A DNA stretch of 64,000 nucleotides from assembly GCF_009914755.1 (NCBI RefSeq), contig NC_060939.1. One strand, written 5' to 3'. The notes under the pieces were generated by a model. That model ran no database searches, was not told the origin of the DNA, and worked only from the letters and a program-made list of their open reading frames with translations. Both the position numbers and the translations under genes were made by a program. Source of the stretch: the human T2T-CHM13v2.0 reference genome, Homo sapiens. Shown here piece by piece: positions 42,701 to 56,391 of this stretch (positions are counted from its first letter, which is position 1; every line of letters starts with the position of its first letter).

Positions 42701-45186
42701 GCTCTATGATAGGGAATGTTGAAACCTATGAGTTGAATGCAAGCATTACAAAGAGGTTTCTGAGAATGCTTCTGTCTAGATTTTATATGTAGATATTCCC
42801 GTTTCCAACGAAATCCTCAAAGCTATCCAAATATCAACTTGCAGATTCTACAAAAGGAATGTTTCCAAAATGCTGTATCCAAACAAAGGTTCAACTCTGT
42901 GAATTGAGGGCATACATCACAAAGAAGATTCTGAGAATGCTTCTGTCTAGATTTTATATGAAAATATTCCCGTTTCCAACGAAATCCTCAAAGCTATCCA
43001 AATATCCACTTGCAAATGCCACAAAAAGAGTGTTTCCAAACTGCTCTGTGAAAAGGAAGGTTCAACTGTGTTAGTTGAGAACACACATCACAAAGAGGTT
43101 TCTGAGAATGCTGCTGACTAGTTTTTATTTGAAGATATTTCCCTTTTCACCTTAGGCCTAAGAGTGCTCGAAATGTCCATTTCCACATACTCCACAAAGT
43201 GTGTTCCAAACGTGCTGTCTGAAAGGGAATGTTCAACTCTATGAGTTGAATGCAAACATCACAAAGAAGATTCTGAGAATGCTTTTGTCTAGATTTTATA
43301 TGAAGGTATTCCCGTGTCCAACGAAATTTTCAATGGTCTCCAAATATCCATTTGTAGATTCTACAAAAAGAGTGTTTCCAAACTGCTGTATCAAAACAAA
43401 GGTTGAACTCTGTGAGTTGAGGACACACATCACAAATAAGTTTCTGAGAATGCTTCTGTCTAGTTTTTATTTGAAGATATTTCCTTTTTCACCATAGGCC
43501 TGAAAGCGCTCGAAATGTCCACTTCCAGATAGTACAGAAAGAGTGTTTCAAACCTGCTCTATGAACAGGAATGTTCAGCTCTGTGAGTTGAATGCAAACA
43601 TCACAAAGCAGGTTCTGAGAATGCTTCCGTCTAGATTTTATATGAGGATATTCCCGTTTCCAAGGAAATCCTCGAAGCTATCCAAATATCCATTTGCAGA
43701 TTCCACAAAAAGAGTGTTTCAAAACTGCTCTATCAAAAGATAGGTTCAACTCTGTTAGTTGAGTACACACATGGCAAACAAGACTGTGAGAATGCTTTCG
43801 TCTAGTCTTTTTGGGAAGATATTCCCTTCTTCACCATAGGCCTCAAAGCGCGCCAAATATCCATTTCCACATAGTATACAAAGAGTGTCTCAAACCTGCT
43901 GTATGAATGGGAATGTTCAACTCTATGAGTTGAATGCAAACATCACAAAGAAGTTTCTGAGAATGCTGCTGTCTAGATTTTATATGAAGGTTTACCCGCT
44001 TCCAATGAAATTTTCAATGCTCTCAAAATATCCTCTTGTAGATTCTACAAAAAGAGTGTTTCTAAACTGCTGTGTCAAAACAAAGGTTCATCTCTGTTAG
44101 TTGAGGACACACATCACAAATAAGTTTCTGAGAATGCTTCTGTCTAGTTCTTATTTGAAGACATTTCCTTTCTCACCTTAGGCCTGAAAACGCTCGAAAT
44201 ATCCACTTCCAGATACGACAGAAACAGGGATTCAAACCTGCTCTATGAAAGGGAATGTTCAACTAGGTGACTTGAATGCAAACATCACAAAGCAGTTTCT
44301 GAGAATACTGCTGTCTACTTTCTATTTGTAATCCCGTTTCCAACGAAATCCTCAGAACTATCGAAATTTCCAATTGCAGATTCCACAAAAAGCGTGTTTC
44401 AAAGCTGCTCTGTAAAAAGAAAGGTTCAACTCTGTTAGTTGAATACGCACGTCACAAACAAGTTTCTGAGAATGCTTCTGTCTAGTTTTTATGGGAAGAT
44501 ATTTCCTTTTTCACCGTAGGCCTCAAAGCGCTCCAAATGTCCACTTCCACATACTACAAAAAGAGTGTTTCAAACCTGCTCTATGATAGGGAATGTTGAA
44601 ACCTATGAGTTGAATGCAAGCATTACAAAGAGGTTTCTGAGAATGCTTCTGTCTAGATTTTATATGTAGATATTCCCGTTTCCAACGAAATCCTCAAAGC
44701 TATCCAAATATCAACTTGCAGATTCTACAAAAGGAATGTTTCCAAAATGCTGTATCCAAACAAAGGTTCAACTCTGTGAATTGAGGGCATACATCACAAA
44801 GAAGATTCTGAGAATGCTTCTGTCTAGATTTTATATGAAAATATTCCCGTTTCCAACGAAATCCTCAAAGCTATCCAAATATCCACTTGCAAATGCCACA
44901 AAAAGAGTGTTTCCAAACTGCTCTGTGAAAAGGAAGGTTCAACTCTGTTAGTTGAGTACACACATCACAAAGAGGTTTCTGAGAATGCTGCTGACTAGTT
45001 TTTATTTGAAGATATTTCCCTTTTCACCTTAGGCCTAAGAGTGCTCGAAATGTCCATTTCCACATACTCCACAAAGTGTGTTTCAAACGTGCTGTATGAA
45101 AGGGAATGTTCAACTCTATGAGTTGAATGCAAACATCACAAAGAAGATTCTGAGAATGCTTTTGTCTAGATTTTATATGAAGATAT

Positions 45187-45203
45187 TCCCGTGTCCAACG
45201 AAA
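45187..45203 (-). promoter_or_regulatory. Variant CENP-B box of m2 (essential bases retained; representative)
   Basis: TCCCGTGTCCAACGAAA, reverse complement TTTCGTTGGACACGGGA, still fits nTTCGnnnnAnnCGGGn. Confidence 0.8.
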
Positions 45204-47230
45204 TTTTCAAAGGTCTCCAAATATCCATTTGTAGATTCTACAAAAAGAGTGTTTCCAAACTGCTGTATCAAAACAAAGGTTGAACTCTGTGAGTTGAGGA
45301 CACACATCACAAATAAGTTTCTGAGAATGCTTCTGTCTAGTTTTTATTTGAAGATGTTTCCTTTTTCACCATAGGCCTGAAAGCGCTCGAAATGTCCACT
45401 TCCAGATAGTACAGAAAGAGTGTTTCAAACCTGCTCTATGAACGGGAATGTTCAGCTCTGTGAGTTGAATGCAAACATCACAAAGCAGGTTCTGAGAATG
45501 CTTCCGTCTAGATTTTAAATGAGGATATTCCCGTTTCCAACGAAATCCTCGAAGCTATCCAAATATCCACTTGCAGATTCCACAAAAAGAGTGTTTCAAA
45601 ACTGCTCTGTCAAAAGATAGGTTCAACTCTGTTAGTTGAGTACACACATGGCAAACAAGATTCCGAGAATGCTTTCGTCTAGTTTTTTTGGGAAGATATT
45701 TCCTTCTTCACCATAGGCCTCAAAGCGCTCCAAATATCCATTTCCACATGCTATACAAAGAGTGTCTCAAACCTGCTGTATGAATGGGAATGTTCAACTC
45801 TATGAGTTGAATGCAAACATCACAAAGAAGTTTCTGAGAATGCTGCTGTCTAGATTTTATATGAAGGTTTTCCCGCTTCCAACGAAATTTTCAATGCTCT
45901 CAAAATATCCTCTTGTAGATTCTACAAAAAGAGTGTTTCCAAACTGCTGTATCAAAACAAAGGTTCATCTCTGTTAGTTGAGGACACACATCACAAATAA
46001 GTTTCTGAGAATGCTTCTGTCTAGTTCTTATTTGAAGACATTTCCTTTCTCACCTTAGGCCTGAAAGCGCTCGAAATACCCACTTCCAGATACTACAGAA
46101 ACAGTGATTCAAACCTGCTCTATGAAAGGGAATGTTCAACTAGGTGACTTGAATGCAAACATCACAAAGCAGTTTCTGAGAATGCTGCTGTCTACTTTCT
46201 ATTTGTAATCCCGTTTCCAACGAAATCCTCAGAACTATCGAAATTTCCAATTGCAGATTCCACAGAAACAGGGTTTCAAAGCTGCTCTGTAAAAAGAAAG
46301 GTTCAACTCTGTTAGTTGAATACACACGTCACAAACAAGTTTCTGAGAATGCTTCTGTCTAGTTTTTATGGGAAGATATTTCCTTTTTCACCGTAGGCCT
46401 CAAAGCGCTCCAAATGTCCACTTCCACATACTACAAAAAGAGTGTTTCAAACCTGCTGTATGAAAGGGAATGTTCAACTCTATGAGTTGAATGCAAACAT
46501 TACAAAGAAGTTTCTGAGAATGCTTCTGTCTAGATTTTATATGAAGGTTTTCCCGTTTCCAACGAAATTTTCAATGCTCTCAAAATATCCACTTGTAGAT
46601 TCTACAAAAAGAGTGTTTCCAAACTGCTGTGTCAAAAGAAAGGTTCAACTCTGTTAGTTGAGGACACACATCACAAATAAGTTTCTGAGAATGCTTCTGT
46701 CTAGTTCTTATTTGAAGACATTTCCTTTCTCACCTTAGGCCTGAAAACGCTCGAAATATCCACTTCCAGATACGACAGAAACAGGGATTCAAACCTGCTC
46801 TATGAAAGGGAATGTTCAACTAGGTGACTTGAATGCAAACATCACAAAGCAGTTTCTGAGAATGCTGCTGTCTACTTTCTATTTGTAATCCCGTTTCCAA
46901 CGAAATCCTCAGAACTATCGAAATTTCCAATTGCAGATTCCACAAAAAGCGTGTTTCAAAGCTGCTCTGTAAAAAGAAAGGTTCAACTCTGTTAGTTGAA
47001 TACGCACGTCACAAACAAGTTTCTGAGAATGCTTCTGTCTAGTTTTTATGGGAAGATATTTCCTTTTTCACCGTAGGCCTCAAAGCGCTCCAAATGTCCA
47101 CTTCCACATACTACAAAAAGAGTGTTTCAAACCTGCTCTATGATAGGGAATGTTGAAACCTATGAGTTGAATGCAAGCATTACAAAGAGGTTTCTGAGAA
47201 TGCTTCTGTCTAGATTTTATATGTAGATAT

Positions 47231-47418
47231 TCCCGTTTCCAACGAAATCCTCAAAGCTATCCAAATATCAACTTGCAGATTCTACAAAAGGAATGTTTCC
47301 AAAATGCTGTATCCAAACAAAGGTTCAACTCTGTGAATTGAGGGCATACATCACAAAGAAGATTCTGAGAATGCTTCTGTCTAGATTTTATATGAAAATA
47401 TTCCCGTTTCCAACGAAA
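47231..47418 (-). promoter_or_regulatory. Adjacent CENP-B box pair in consecutive B monomers m14/m15 (representative)
   Basis: Perfect boxes at 47231-47247 and 47402-47418, 171 bp apart. Confidence 0.92.
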
Positions 47419-50101
47419 TCCTCAAAGCTATCCAAATATCCACTTGCAAATGCCACAAAAAGAGTGTTTCCAAACTGCTCTGTGAAAAGGAAGGTTCAAC
47501 TCTGTTAGTTGAGTACACACATCACAAAGAGGTTTCTGAGAATGCTGCTGACTAGTTTTTATTTGAAGATATTTCCCTTTTCACCTTAGGCCTAAGAGTG
47601 CTCGAAATGTCCATTTCCACATACTCCACAAAGTGTGTTTCAAACGTGCTGTATGAAAGGGAATGTTCAACTCTATGAGTTGAATGCAAACATCACAAAG
47701 AAGACTCTGAGAATGCTTTTGTCTAGATTTTATATGAAGATATTCCCGTGTCCAACGAAATTTTCAAAGGTCTCCAAATACCCATTTGTAGATTCTACAA
47801 AAAGAGTGTTTCCAAACTGCTGTATCAAAACAAAGGTTGAACTCTGTGAGTTGAGGACACACATCACAAATAAGTTTCTGAGAATGCTTCTGTCTAGTTT
47901 TTATTTGAAGATGTTTCCTTTTTCACCATAGGCCTGAAAGCGCTCGAAATGTCCACTTCCAGATAGTACAGAAAGAGTGTTTCAAACCTGCTCTATGAAC
48001 GGGAATGTTCAGCTCTGTGAGTTGAATGCAAACATCACAAAGCAGGTTCTGAGAATGCTTCCGTCTAGATTTTAAATGAGGATATTCCCGTTTCCAACGA
48101 AATCCTCGAAGCTATCCAAATATCCACTTGCAGATTCCACAAAAAGAGTGTTTCAAAACTGCTCTGTCAAAAGATAGGTTCAACTCTGTTAGTTGAGTAC
48201 ACACATGGCAAACAAGATTCCGAGAATGCTTTCGTCTAGTTTTTTTGGGAAGATATTTCCTTCTTCACCATAGGCCTCAAAGCGCTCCAAATATCCATTT
48301 CCACATGCTATACAAAGAGTGTCTCAAACCTGCTGTATGAATGGGAATGTTCAACTCTATGAGTTGAATGCAAACATCACAAAGAAGTTTCTGAGAATGC
48401 TGCTGTCTAGATTTTATATGAAGGTTTTCCCGCTTCCAACGAAATTTTCAATGCTCTCAAAATATCCTCTTGTAGATTCTACAAAAAGAGTGTTTCCAAA
48501 CTGCTGTATCAAAACAAAGGTTCATCTCTGTTAGTTGAGGACACACATCACAAATAAGTTTCTGAGAATGCTTCTGTCTAGTTCTTATTTGAAGACATTT
48601 CCTTTCTCACCTTAGGCCTGAAAGCGCTCGAAATACCCACTTCCAGATACTACAGAAACAGTGATTCAAACCTGCTCTATGAAAGGGAATGTTCAACTAT
48701 GTGACTTGAATGCAAACATCACAAAGCAGTTTCTGAGAATGCTGCTGTCTACTTTCTATTTGTAATCCCGTTTCCAACGAAATCCTCAGAACTATCGAAA
48801 TTTCCAATTGCAGATTCCACAGAAACAGGGTTTCAAAGCTGCTCTGTAAAAAGAAAGGTTCAACTCTGTTAGTTGAATACACACGTCACAAACAAGTTTC
48901 TGAGAATGCTTCTGTCTAGTTTTTATGGGAAGATATTTCCTTTTTCACCGTAGGCCTCAAAGCGCTCCAAATGTCCACTTCCACATACTACAAAAAGAGT
49001 GTTTCAAACCTGCTGTATGAAAGGGAATGTTCAACTCTATGAGTTGAATGCAAACATTACAAAGAAGTTTCTGAGAATGCTTCTGTCTAGATTTTATATG
49101 AAGGTTTTCCCGTTTCCAACGAAATTTTCAATGCTCTCAAAATATCCACTTGTAGATTCTACAAAAAGAGTGTTTCCAAACTGCTGTGTCAAAAGAAAGG
49201 TTCAACTCTGTTAGTTGAGGACACACATCACAAATAAGTTTCTGAGAATGCTTCTGTCTAGTTCTTATTTGAAGACATTTCCTTTCTCACCTTAGGCCTG
49301 AAAACGCTCGAAATATCCACTTCCAGATACGACAGAAACAGTGATTCAAACCTGCTCTATGAAAGGGAATGTTCAACTAGGTGACTTGAATGCAAACATC
49401 ACAAAGCAGTTTCTGAGAATGCTGCTGTCTACTTTCTATTTGTAATCCCGTTTCCAACGAAATCCTCAGAACTATCGAAATTTCCAATTGCAGATTCCAC
49501 AAAAAGCGTGTTTCAAAGCTGCTCTGTAAAAAGAAAGGTTCAACTCTGTTAGTTGAATACACACGTCACAAACAAGTTTCTGAGAATGCTTCTGTCTAGT
49601 TTTTATGGGAAGATATTTCCTTTTTCACCGTAGGCCTCAAAGCGCTCCAAATGTCCACTTCCACATACTACAAAAAGAGTGTTTCAAACCTGCTCTATGA
49701 TAGGGAATGTTGAAACCTATGAGTTGAATGCAAGCATTACAAAGAGGTTTCTGAGAATGCTTCTGTCTAGATTTTATATGTAGATATTCCCGTTTCCAAC
49801 GAAATCCTCAAAGCTATCCAAATATCAACTTGCAGATTCTACAAAAGGAATGTTTCCAAAATGCTGTATCCAAACAAAGGTTCAACTCTGTGAATTGAGG
49901 ACATACATCACAAAGAAGATTCTGAGAATGCTTCTGTCTAGATTTTATATGAAAATATTCCCGTTTCCAACGAAATCCTCAAAGCTATCCAAATATCCAC
50001 TTGCAAATGCCACAAAAAGAGTGTTTCCAAACTGCTCTGTGAAAAGGAAGGTTCAACTCTGTTAGTTGAGTACACACATCACAAAGAGGTTTCTGAGAAT
50101 G

Positions 50102-52637
50102 CTGCTGACTAGTTTTTATTTGAAGATATTTCCCTTTTCACCTTAGGCCTAAGAGTGCTCGAAATGTCCATTTCCACATACTCCACAAAGTGTGTTTCAA
50201 ACGTGCTGTATGAAAGGGAATGTTCAACTCTATGAGTTTAATGCAAACATCACAAAGAAGATTCTGAGAATGCTTTTGTCTAGATTTTATATGAAGATAT
50301 TCCCGTGTCCAACGAAATTTTCAAAGGTCTCCAAATAAAGATTGTTTCCAAACTGCTGTATCAAAACAAAGGTTGAACTCTGTGAGTTGAGGACACACAT
50401 CACAAATAAGTTTCTGAGAATGCTTCTGTCTAGTTTTTATTTGAAGATGTTTCCTTTTTCACCATAGGCCTGAAAGCGCTCGAAATGTCCACTTCCAGAT
50501 AGTACAGAAAGAGTGTTTCAAACCTGCTCTATGAACGGGAATGTTCAGCTCTGTGAGTTGAATGCAAACATCACAAAGCAGGTTCTGAGAATGCTTCCGT
50601 CTAGATTTTAAATGAGGATATTCCCGTTTCCAACGAAATCCTCGAAGCTATCCAAATATCCACTTGCAGATTCCACAAAAAGAGTGTTTCAAAACTGCTC
50701 TGTCAAAAGATAGGTTCAACTCTGTTAGTTGAGTACACACATGGCAAACAAGATTCCGAGAATGCTTTCGTCTAGTTTTTTTGGGAAGATATTTCCTTCT
50801 TCACCATAGGCCTCAAAGCGCTCCAAATATCCATTTCCACATGCTGTACAAAGAGTGTCTCAAACCTGCTGTATGAATGGGAATGTTCAACTCTGTGAGT
50901 TGAATGCAAACATCACAAAGAAGTTTCTGAGAATGCTGCTGTCTAGATTTTATATGAAGGTTTTCCCGCTTCCAACGAAATTTTCAATGCTCTCAAAATA
51001 TCCTCTTGTAGATTCTACAAAAAGAGTGTTTCCAAACTGCTGTATCAAAACAAAGGTTCATCTCTGTTAGTTGAGGACACACATCACAAATAAGTTTCTG
51101 AGAATGCTTCTGTCTAGTTCTTATTTGAAGACATTTCCTTTCTCACCTTAGGCCTGAAAGCGCTCGAAATACCCACTTCCAGATACTACAGAAACAGTGA
51201 TTCAAACCTGCTCTATGAAAGGGAATGTTCAACTATGTGACTTGAATGCAAACATCACAAAGCAGTTTCTGAGAATGCTGCTGTCTACTTTCTATTTGTA
51301 ATCCCGTTTCCAACGAAATCCTCAGAACTATCGAAATTTCCAATTGCAGATTCCACAGAAACAGGGTTTCAAAGCTGCTCTGTAAAAAGAAAGGTTCAAC
51401 TCTGTTAGTTGAATACACACGTCACAAACAAGTTTCTGAGAATGCTTCTGTCTAGTTTTTATGGGAAGATATTTCCTTTTTCACCGTAGGCCTCAAAGCG
51501 CTCCAAATGTCCACTTCCACATACTACAAAAAGAGTGTTTCAAACCTGCTGTATGAAAGGGAATGTTCAACTCTATGAGTTGAATGCAAACATTACAAAG
51601 AAGTTTCTGAGAATGCTTCTGTCTAGATTTTATATGAAGGTTTTCCCGTTTCCAACGAAATTTTCAATGCTCTCAAAATATCCACTTGTAGATTCTACAA
51701 AAAGAGTGTTTCCAAACTGCTGTGTCAAAAGAAAGGTTCAACTCTGTTAGTTGAGGACACACATCACAAATAAGTTTCTGAGAATGCTTCTGTCTAGTTC
51801 TTATTTGAAGACATTTCCTTTCTCACCTTAGGCCTGAAAACGCTCGAAATATCCACTTCCAGATACGACAGAAACAGTGATTCAAACCTGCTCTATGAAA
51901 GGGAATGTTCAACTAGGTGACTTGAATGCAAACATCACAAAGCAGTTTCTGAGAATGCTGCTGTCTACTTTCTATTTGTAATCCCGTTTCCAACGAAATC
52001 CTCAGAACTATCGAAATTTCCAATTGCAGATTCCACAGAAACAGGGTTTCAAAGCTGCTCTGTAAAAAGAAAGGTTCAACTCTGTTAGTTGAATACACAC
52101 GTCACAAACAAGTTTCTGAGAATGCTTCTGTCTAGTTTTTATGGGAAGATATTTCCTTTTTCACGGTAGGCCTCAAAGCGCTCCAAATGTCCACTTCCAC
52201 ATACTACAAAAAGAGTGTTTCAAACCTGCTCTATGATAGGGAATGTTGAAACCTATGAGTTGAATGCAAGCATTACAAAGAGGTTTCTGAGAATGCTTCT
52301 GTCTAGATTTTATATGTAGATATTCCCGTTTCCAACGAAATCCTCAAAGCTATCCAAATATCAACTTGCAGATTCTACAAAAGGAATGTTTCCAAAATGC
52401 TGTATCCAAACAAAGGTTCAACTCTGTGAATTGAGGGCATACATCACAAAGAAGATTCTGAGAATGCTTCTGTCTAGATTTTATATGAAAATATTCCCGT
52501 TTCCAACGAAATCCTCAAAGCTATCCAAATATCCACTTGCAAATGCCACAAAAAGAGTGTTTCCAAACTGCTCTGTGAAAAGGAAGGTTCAACTCTGTTA
52601 GTTGAGTACACACATCACAAAGAGGTTTCTGAGAATG
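50102..52637 (-). repeat. 15-mer with a 21-bp deletion in m2 (2536 bp)
   Basis: CCAAATA^AAGATTGTTTCC at 50331-50349 versus the usual CCAAATA-TCCATTTGTAGATTCTACAAA-AAGAGTGTTTCC. Confidence 0.93.
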
Positions 52638-55600
52638 CTGCTGACTAGTTTTTATTTGAAGATATTTCCCTTTTCACCTTAGGCCTAAGAGTGCTCGAAA
52701 TGTCCATTTCCACATACTCCACAAAGTGTGTTTCAAACGTGCTGTATGAAAGGGAATGTTCAACTCTATGAGTTGAATGCAAACATCACAAAGAAGATTC
52801 TGAGAATGCTTTTGTCTAGATTTTATATGAAGATATTCCCGTGTCCAACGAAATTTTCAAAGGTCTCCAAATATCCATTTGTAGATTCTACAAAAAGAGT
52901 GTTTCCAAACTGCTGTATCAAAACAAAGGTTGAACTCTGTGAGTTGAGGACACACATCACAAATAAGTTTCTGAGAATGCTTCTGTCTAGTTTTTATTTG
53001 AAGATGTTTCCTTTTTCACCATAGGCCTGAAAGCGCTCGAAATGTCCACTTCCAGATAGTACAGAAAGAGTGTTTCAAACCTGCTCTATGAACGGGAATG
53101 TTCAGCTCTGTGAGTTGAATGCAAACATCACAAAGCAGGTTCTGAGAATGCTTCCGTCTAGATTTTAAATGAGGATATTCCCGTTTCCAACGAAATCCTC
53201 GAAGCTATCCAAATATCCACTTGCAGATTCCACAAAAAGAGTGTTTCAAAACTGCTCTGTCAAAAGATAGGTTCAACTCTGTTAGTTGAGTACACACATG
53301 GCAAACAAGATTCCGAGAATGCTTTCGTCTAGTTTTTTTGGGAAGATATTTCCTTTTTCACCGTAGGCCTCAAAGCGCTCCAAATGTCCACTTCCACATA
53401 CTACAAAAAGAGTGTTTCAAACCTGCTGTATGAAAGGGAATGTTCAACTCTATGAGTTGAATGCAAACATTACAAAGAAGTTTCTGAGAATGCTTCTGTC
53501 TAGATTTTATATGAAGGTTTTCCCGTTTCCAACGAAATTTTCAATGCTCTCAAAATATCCACTTGTAGATTCTACAAAAAGAGTGTTTCCAAACTGCTGT
53601 GTCAAAAGAAAGGTTCAACTCTGTTAGTTGAGGACACACATCACAAATAAGTTTCTGAGAATGCTTCTGTCTAGTTCTTATTTGAAGACATTTCCTTTCT
53701 CACCTTAGGCCTGAAAACGCTCGAAATATCCACTTCCAGATACGACAGAAACAGTGATTCAAACCTGCTCTATGAAAGGGAATGTTCAACTAGGTGACTT
53801 GAATGCAAACATCACAAAGCAGTTTCTGAGAATGCTGCTGTCTACTTTCTATTTGTAATCCCGTTTCCAACGAAATCCTCAGAACTATCGAAATTTCCAA
53901 TTGCAGATTCCACAAAAAGCGTGTTTCAAAGCTGCTCTGTAAAAAGAAAGGTTCAACTCTGTTAGTTGAATACGCACGTCACAAACAAGTTTCTGAGAAT
54001 GCTTCTGTCTAGTTTTTATGGGAAGATATTTCCTTTTTCACCGTAGGCCTCAAAGCGCTCCAAATGTCCACTTCCACATACTACAAAAAGAGTGTTTCAA
54101 ACCTGCTCTATGATAGGGAATGTTGAAACCTATGAGTTGAATGCAAGCATTACAAAGAGGTTTCTGAGAATGCTTCTGTCTAGATTTTATATGTAGATAT
54201 TCCCGTTTCCAACGAAATCCTCAAAGCTATCCAAATATCAACTTGCAGATTCTACAAAAGGAATGTTTCCAAAATGCTGTATCCAAACAAAGGTTCAACT
54301 CTGTGAATTGAGGGCATACATCACAAAGAAGATTCTGAGAATGCTTCTGTCTAGATTTTATATGAAAATATTCCCGTTTCCAACGAAATCCTCAAAGCTA
54401 TCCAAATATCCACTTGCAAATGCCACAAAAAGAGTGTTTCCAAACTGCTCTGTGAAAAGGAAGGTTCAACTCTGTTAGTTGAGTACACACATCACAAAGA
54501 GGTTTCTGAGAATGCTGCTGACTAGTTTTTATTTGAAGATATTTCCCTTTTCACCTTAGGCCTAAGAGTGCTCGAAATGTCCATTTCCACATACTCCACA
54601 AAGTGTGTTTCAAACGTGCTGTATGAAAGGGAATGTTCAACTCTATCAGTTGAATGCAAACCTCACAAAGAAGACTCTGAGAATGCTTTTGTCTAGATTT
54701 TATATGAAGATATTCCCGTGTCCAACGAAATTTTCAAAGGTCTCCAAATATCCATTTGTAGATTCTACAAAAAGAGTGTTTCCAAACTGCTGTATCAAAA
54801 CAAAGGTTGAACTCTGTGAGTTGAGGACACACATCACAAATAAGTTTCTGAGAATGCTTCTGTCTAGTTTTTATTTGAAGATGTTTCCTTTTTCACCATA
54901 GGCCTGAAAGCGCTCGAAATGTCCACTTCCAGATAGTACAGAAAGAGTGTTTCAAACCTGCTCTATGAACGGGAATGTTCAGCTCTGTGAGTTGAATGCA
55001 AACATCACAAAGCAGGTTCTGAGAATGCTTCCGTCTAGATTTTAAATGAGGATATTCCCGTTTCCAACGAAATCCTCGAAGCTATCCAAATATCCACTTG
55101 CAGATTCCACAAAAAGAGTGTTTCAAAACTGCTCTGTCAAAAGATAGGTTCAACTCTGTTAGTTGAGTACACACATGGCAAACAAGATTCCGAGAATGCT
55201 TTCGTCTAGTTTTTTTGGGAAGATATTTCCTTCTTCACCATAGGCCTCAAAGCGCTCCAAATATCCATTTCCACATGCTATACAAAGAGTGTCTCAAACC
55301 TGCTGTATGAATGGGAATGTTCAACTCTATGAGTTGAATGCAAACATCACAAAGAAGTTTCTGAGAATGCTGCTGTCTAGATTTTATATGAAGGTTTTCC
55401 CGCTTCCAACGAAATTTTCAATGCTCTCAAAATATCCTCTTGTAGATTCTACAAAAAGAGTGTTTCCAAACTGCTGTATCAAAACAAAGGTTCATCTCTG
55501 TTAGTTGAGGACACACATCACAAATAAGTTTCTGAGAATGCTTCTGTCTAGTTCTTATTTGAAGACATTTCCTTTCTCACCTTAGGCCTGAAAGCGCTCG

Positions 55601-56391
55601 AAATACCCACTTCCAGATACTACAGAAACAGTGATTCAAACCTGCTCTATGAAAGGGAATGTTCAACTATGTGACTTGAATGCAAACATCACAAAGCAGT
55701 TTCTGAGAATGCTGCTGTCTACTTTCTATTTGTAATCCCGTTTCCAACGAAATCCTCAGAACTATCGAAATTTCCAATTGCAGATTCCACAGAAACAGGG
55801 TTTCAAAGCTGCTCTGTAAAAAGAAAGGTTCAACTCTGTTAGTTGAATACACACGTCACAAACAAGTTTCTGAGAATGCTTCTGTCTAGTTTTTATGGGA
55901 AGATATTTCCTTTTTCACGGTAGGCCTCAAAGCGCTCCAAATGTCCACTTCCACATACTACAAAAAGAGTGTTTCAAACCTGCTCTATGATAGGGAATGT
56001 TGAAACCTATGAGTTGAATGCAAGCATTACAAAGAGGTTTCTGAGAATGCTTCTGTCTAGATTTTATATGTAGATATTCCCGTTTCCAACGAAATCCTCA
56101 AAGCTATCCAAATATCAACTTGCAGATTCTACAAAAGGAATGTTTCCAAAATGCTGTATCCAAACAAAGGTTCAACTCTGTGAATTGAGGGCATACATCA
56201 CAAAGAAGATTCTGAGAATGCTTCTGTCTAGATTTTATATGAAAATATTCCCGTTTCCAACGAAATCCTCAAAGCTATCCAAATATCCACTTGCAAATGC
56301 CACAAAAAGAGTGTTTCCAAACTGCTCTGTGAAAAGGAAGGTTCAACTCTGTTAGTTGAGTACACACATCACAAAGAGGTTTCTGAGAATG

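Larger units (their letters stand above)
20940..44987 (-). repeat. Mixed HOR block, unit order 10,15,11,11,10,15,11,10,15,11,11,11
   Basis: Starts of the 98-aa pseudo-ORF at 21030, 22736, 25293, 27169, 29045, 30751, 33308, 35184, 36890, 39447, 41324, 43201 and 45078 give spacings of 1706, 2557, 1876, 1876, 1706, 2557, 1876, 1706, 2557, 1877, 1877, 1877. Confidence 0.92.
44988..47544 (-). repeat. Reference full-length 15-mer HOR unit (2557 bp, 8 CENP-B boxes)
   Basis: Boxes at 45187, 45529, 45871, 46209, 46551, 46889, 47231 and 47402, next at 47744. Spacings 342, 342, 338, 342, 338, 342, 171, 342 sum to 2557. Other 15-mers: 22646-25202, 30661-33217, 36800-39356, 47545-50101. Confidence 0.93.

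Noticed and set aside
45187-45203. m2 box TCCCGTGTCCAACGAAA as an inactivated CENP-B box
   Set aside because: The change falls at a non-essential position; all nine essential bases are retained.
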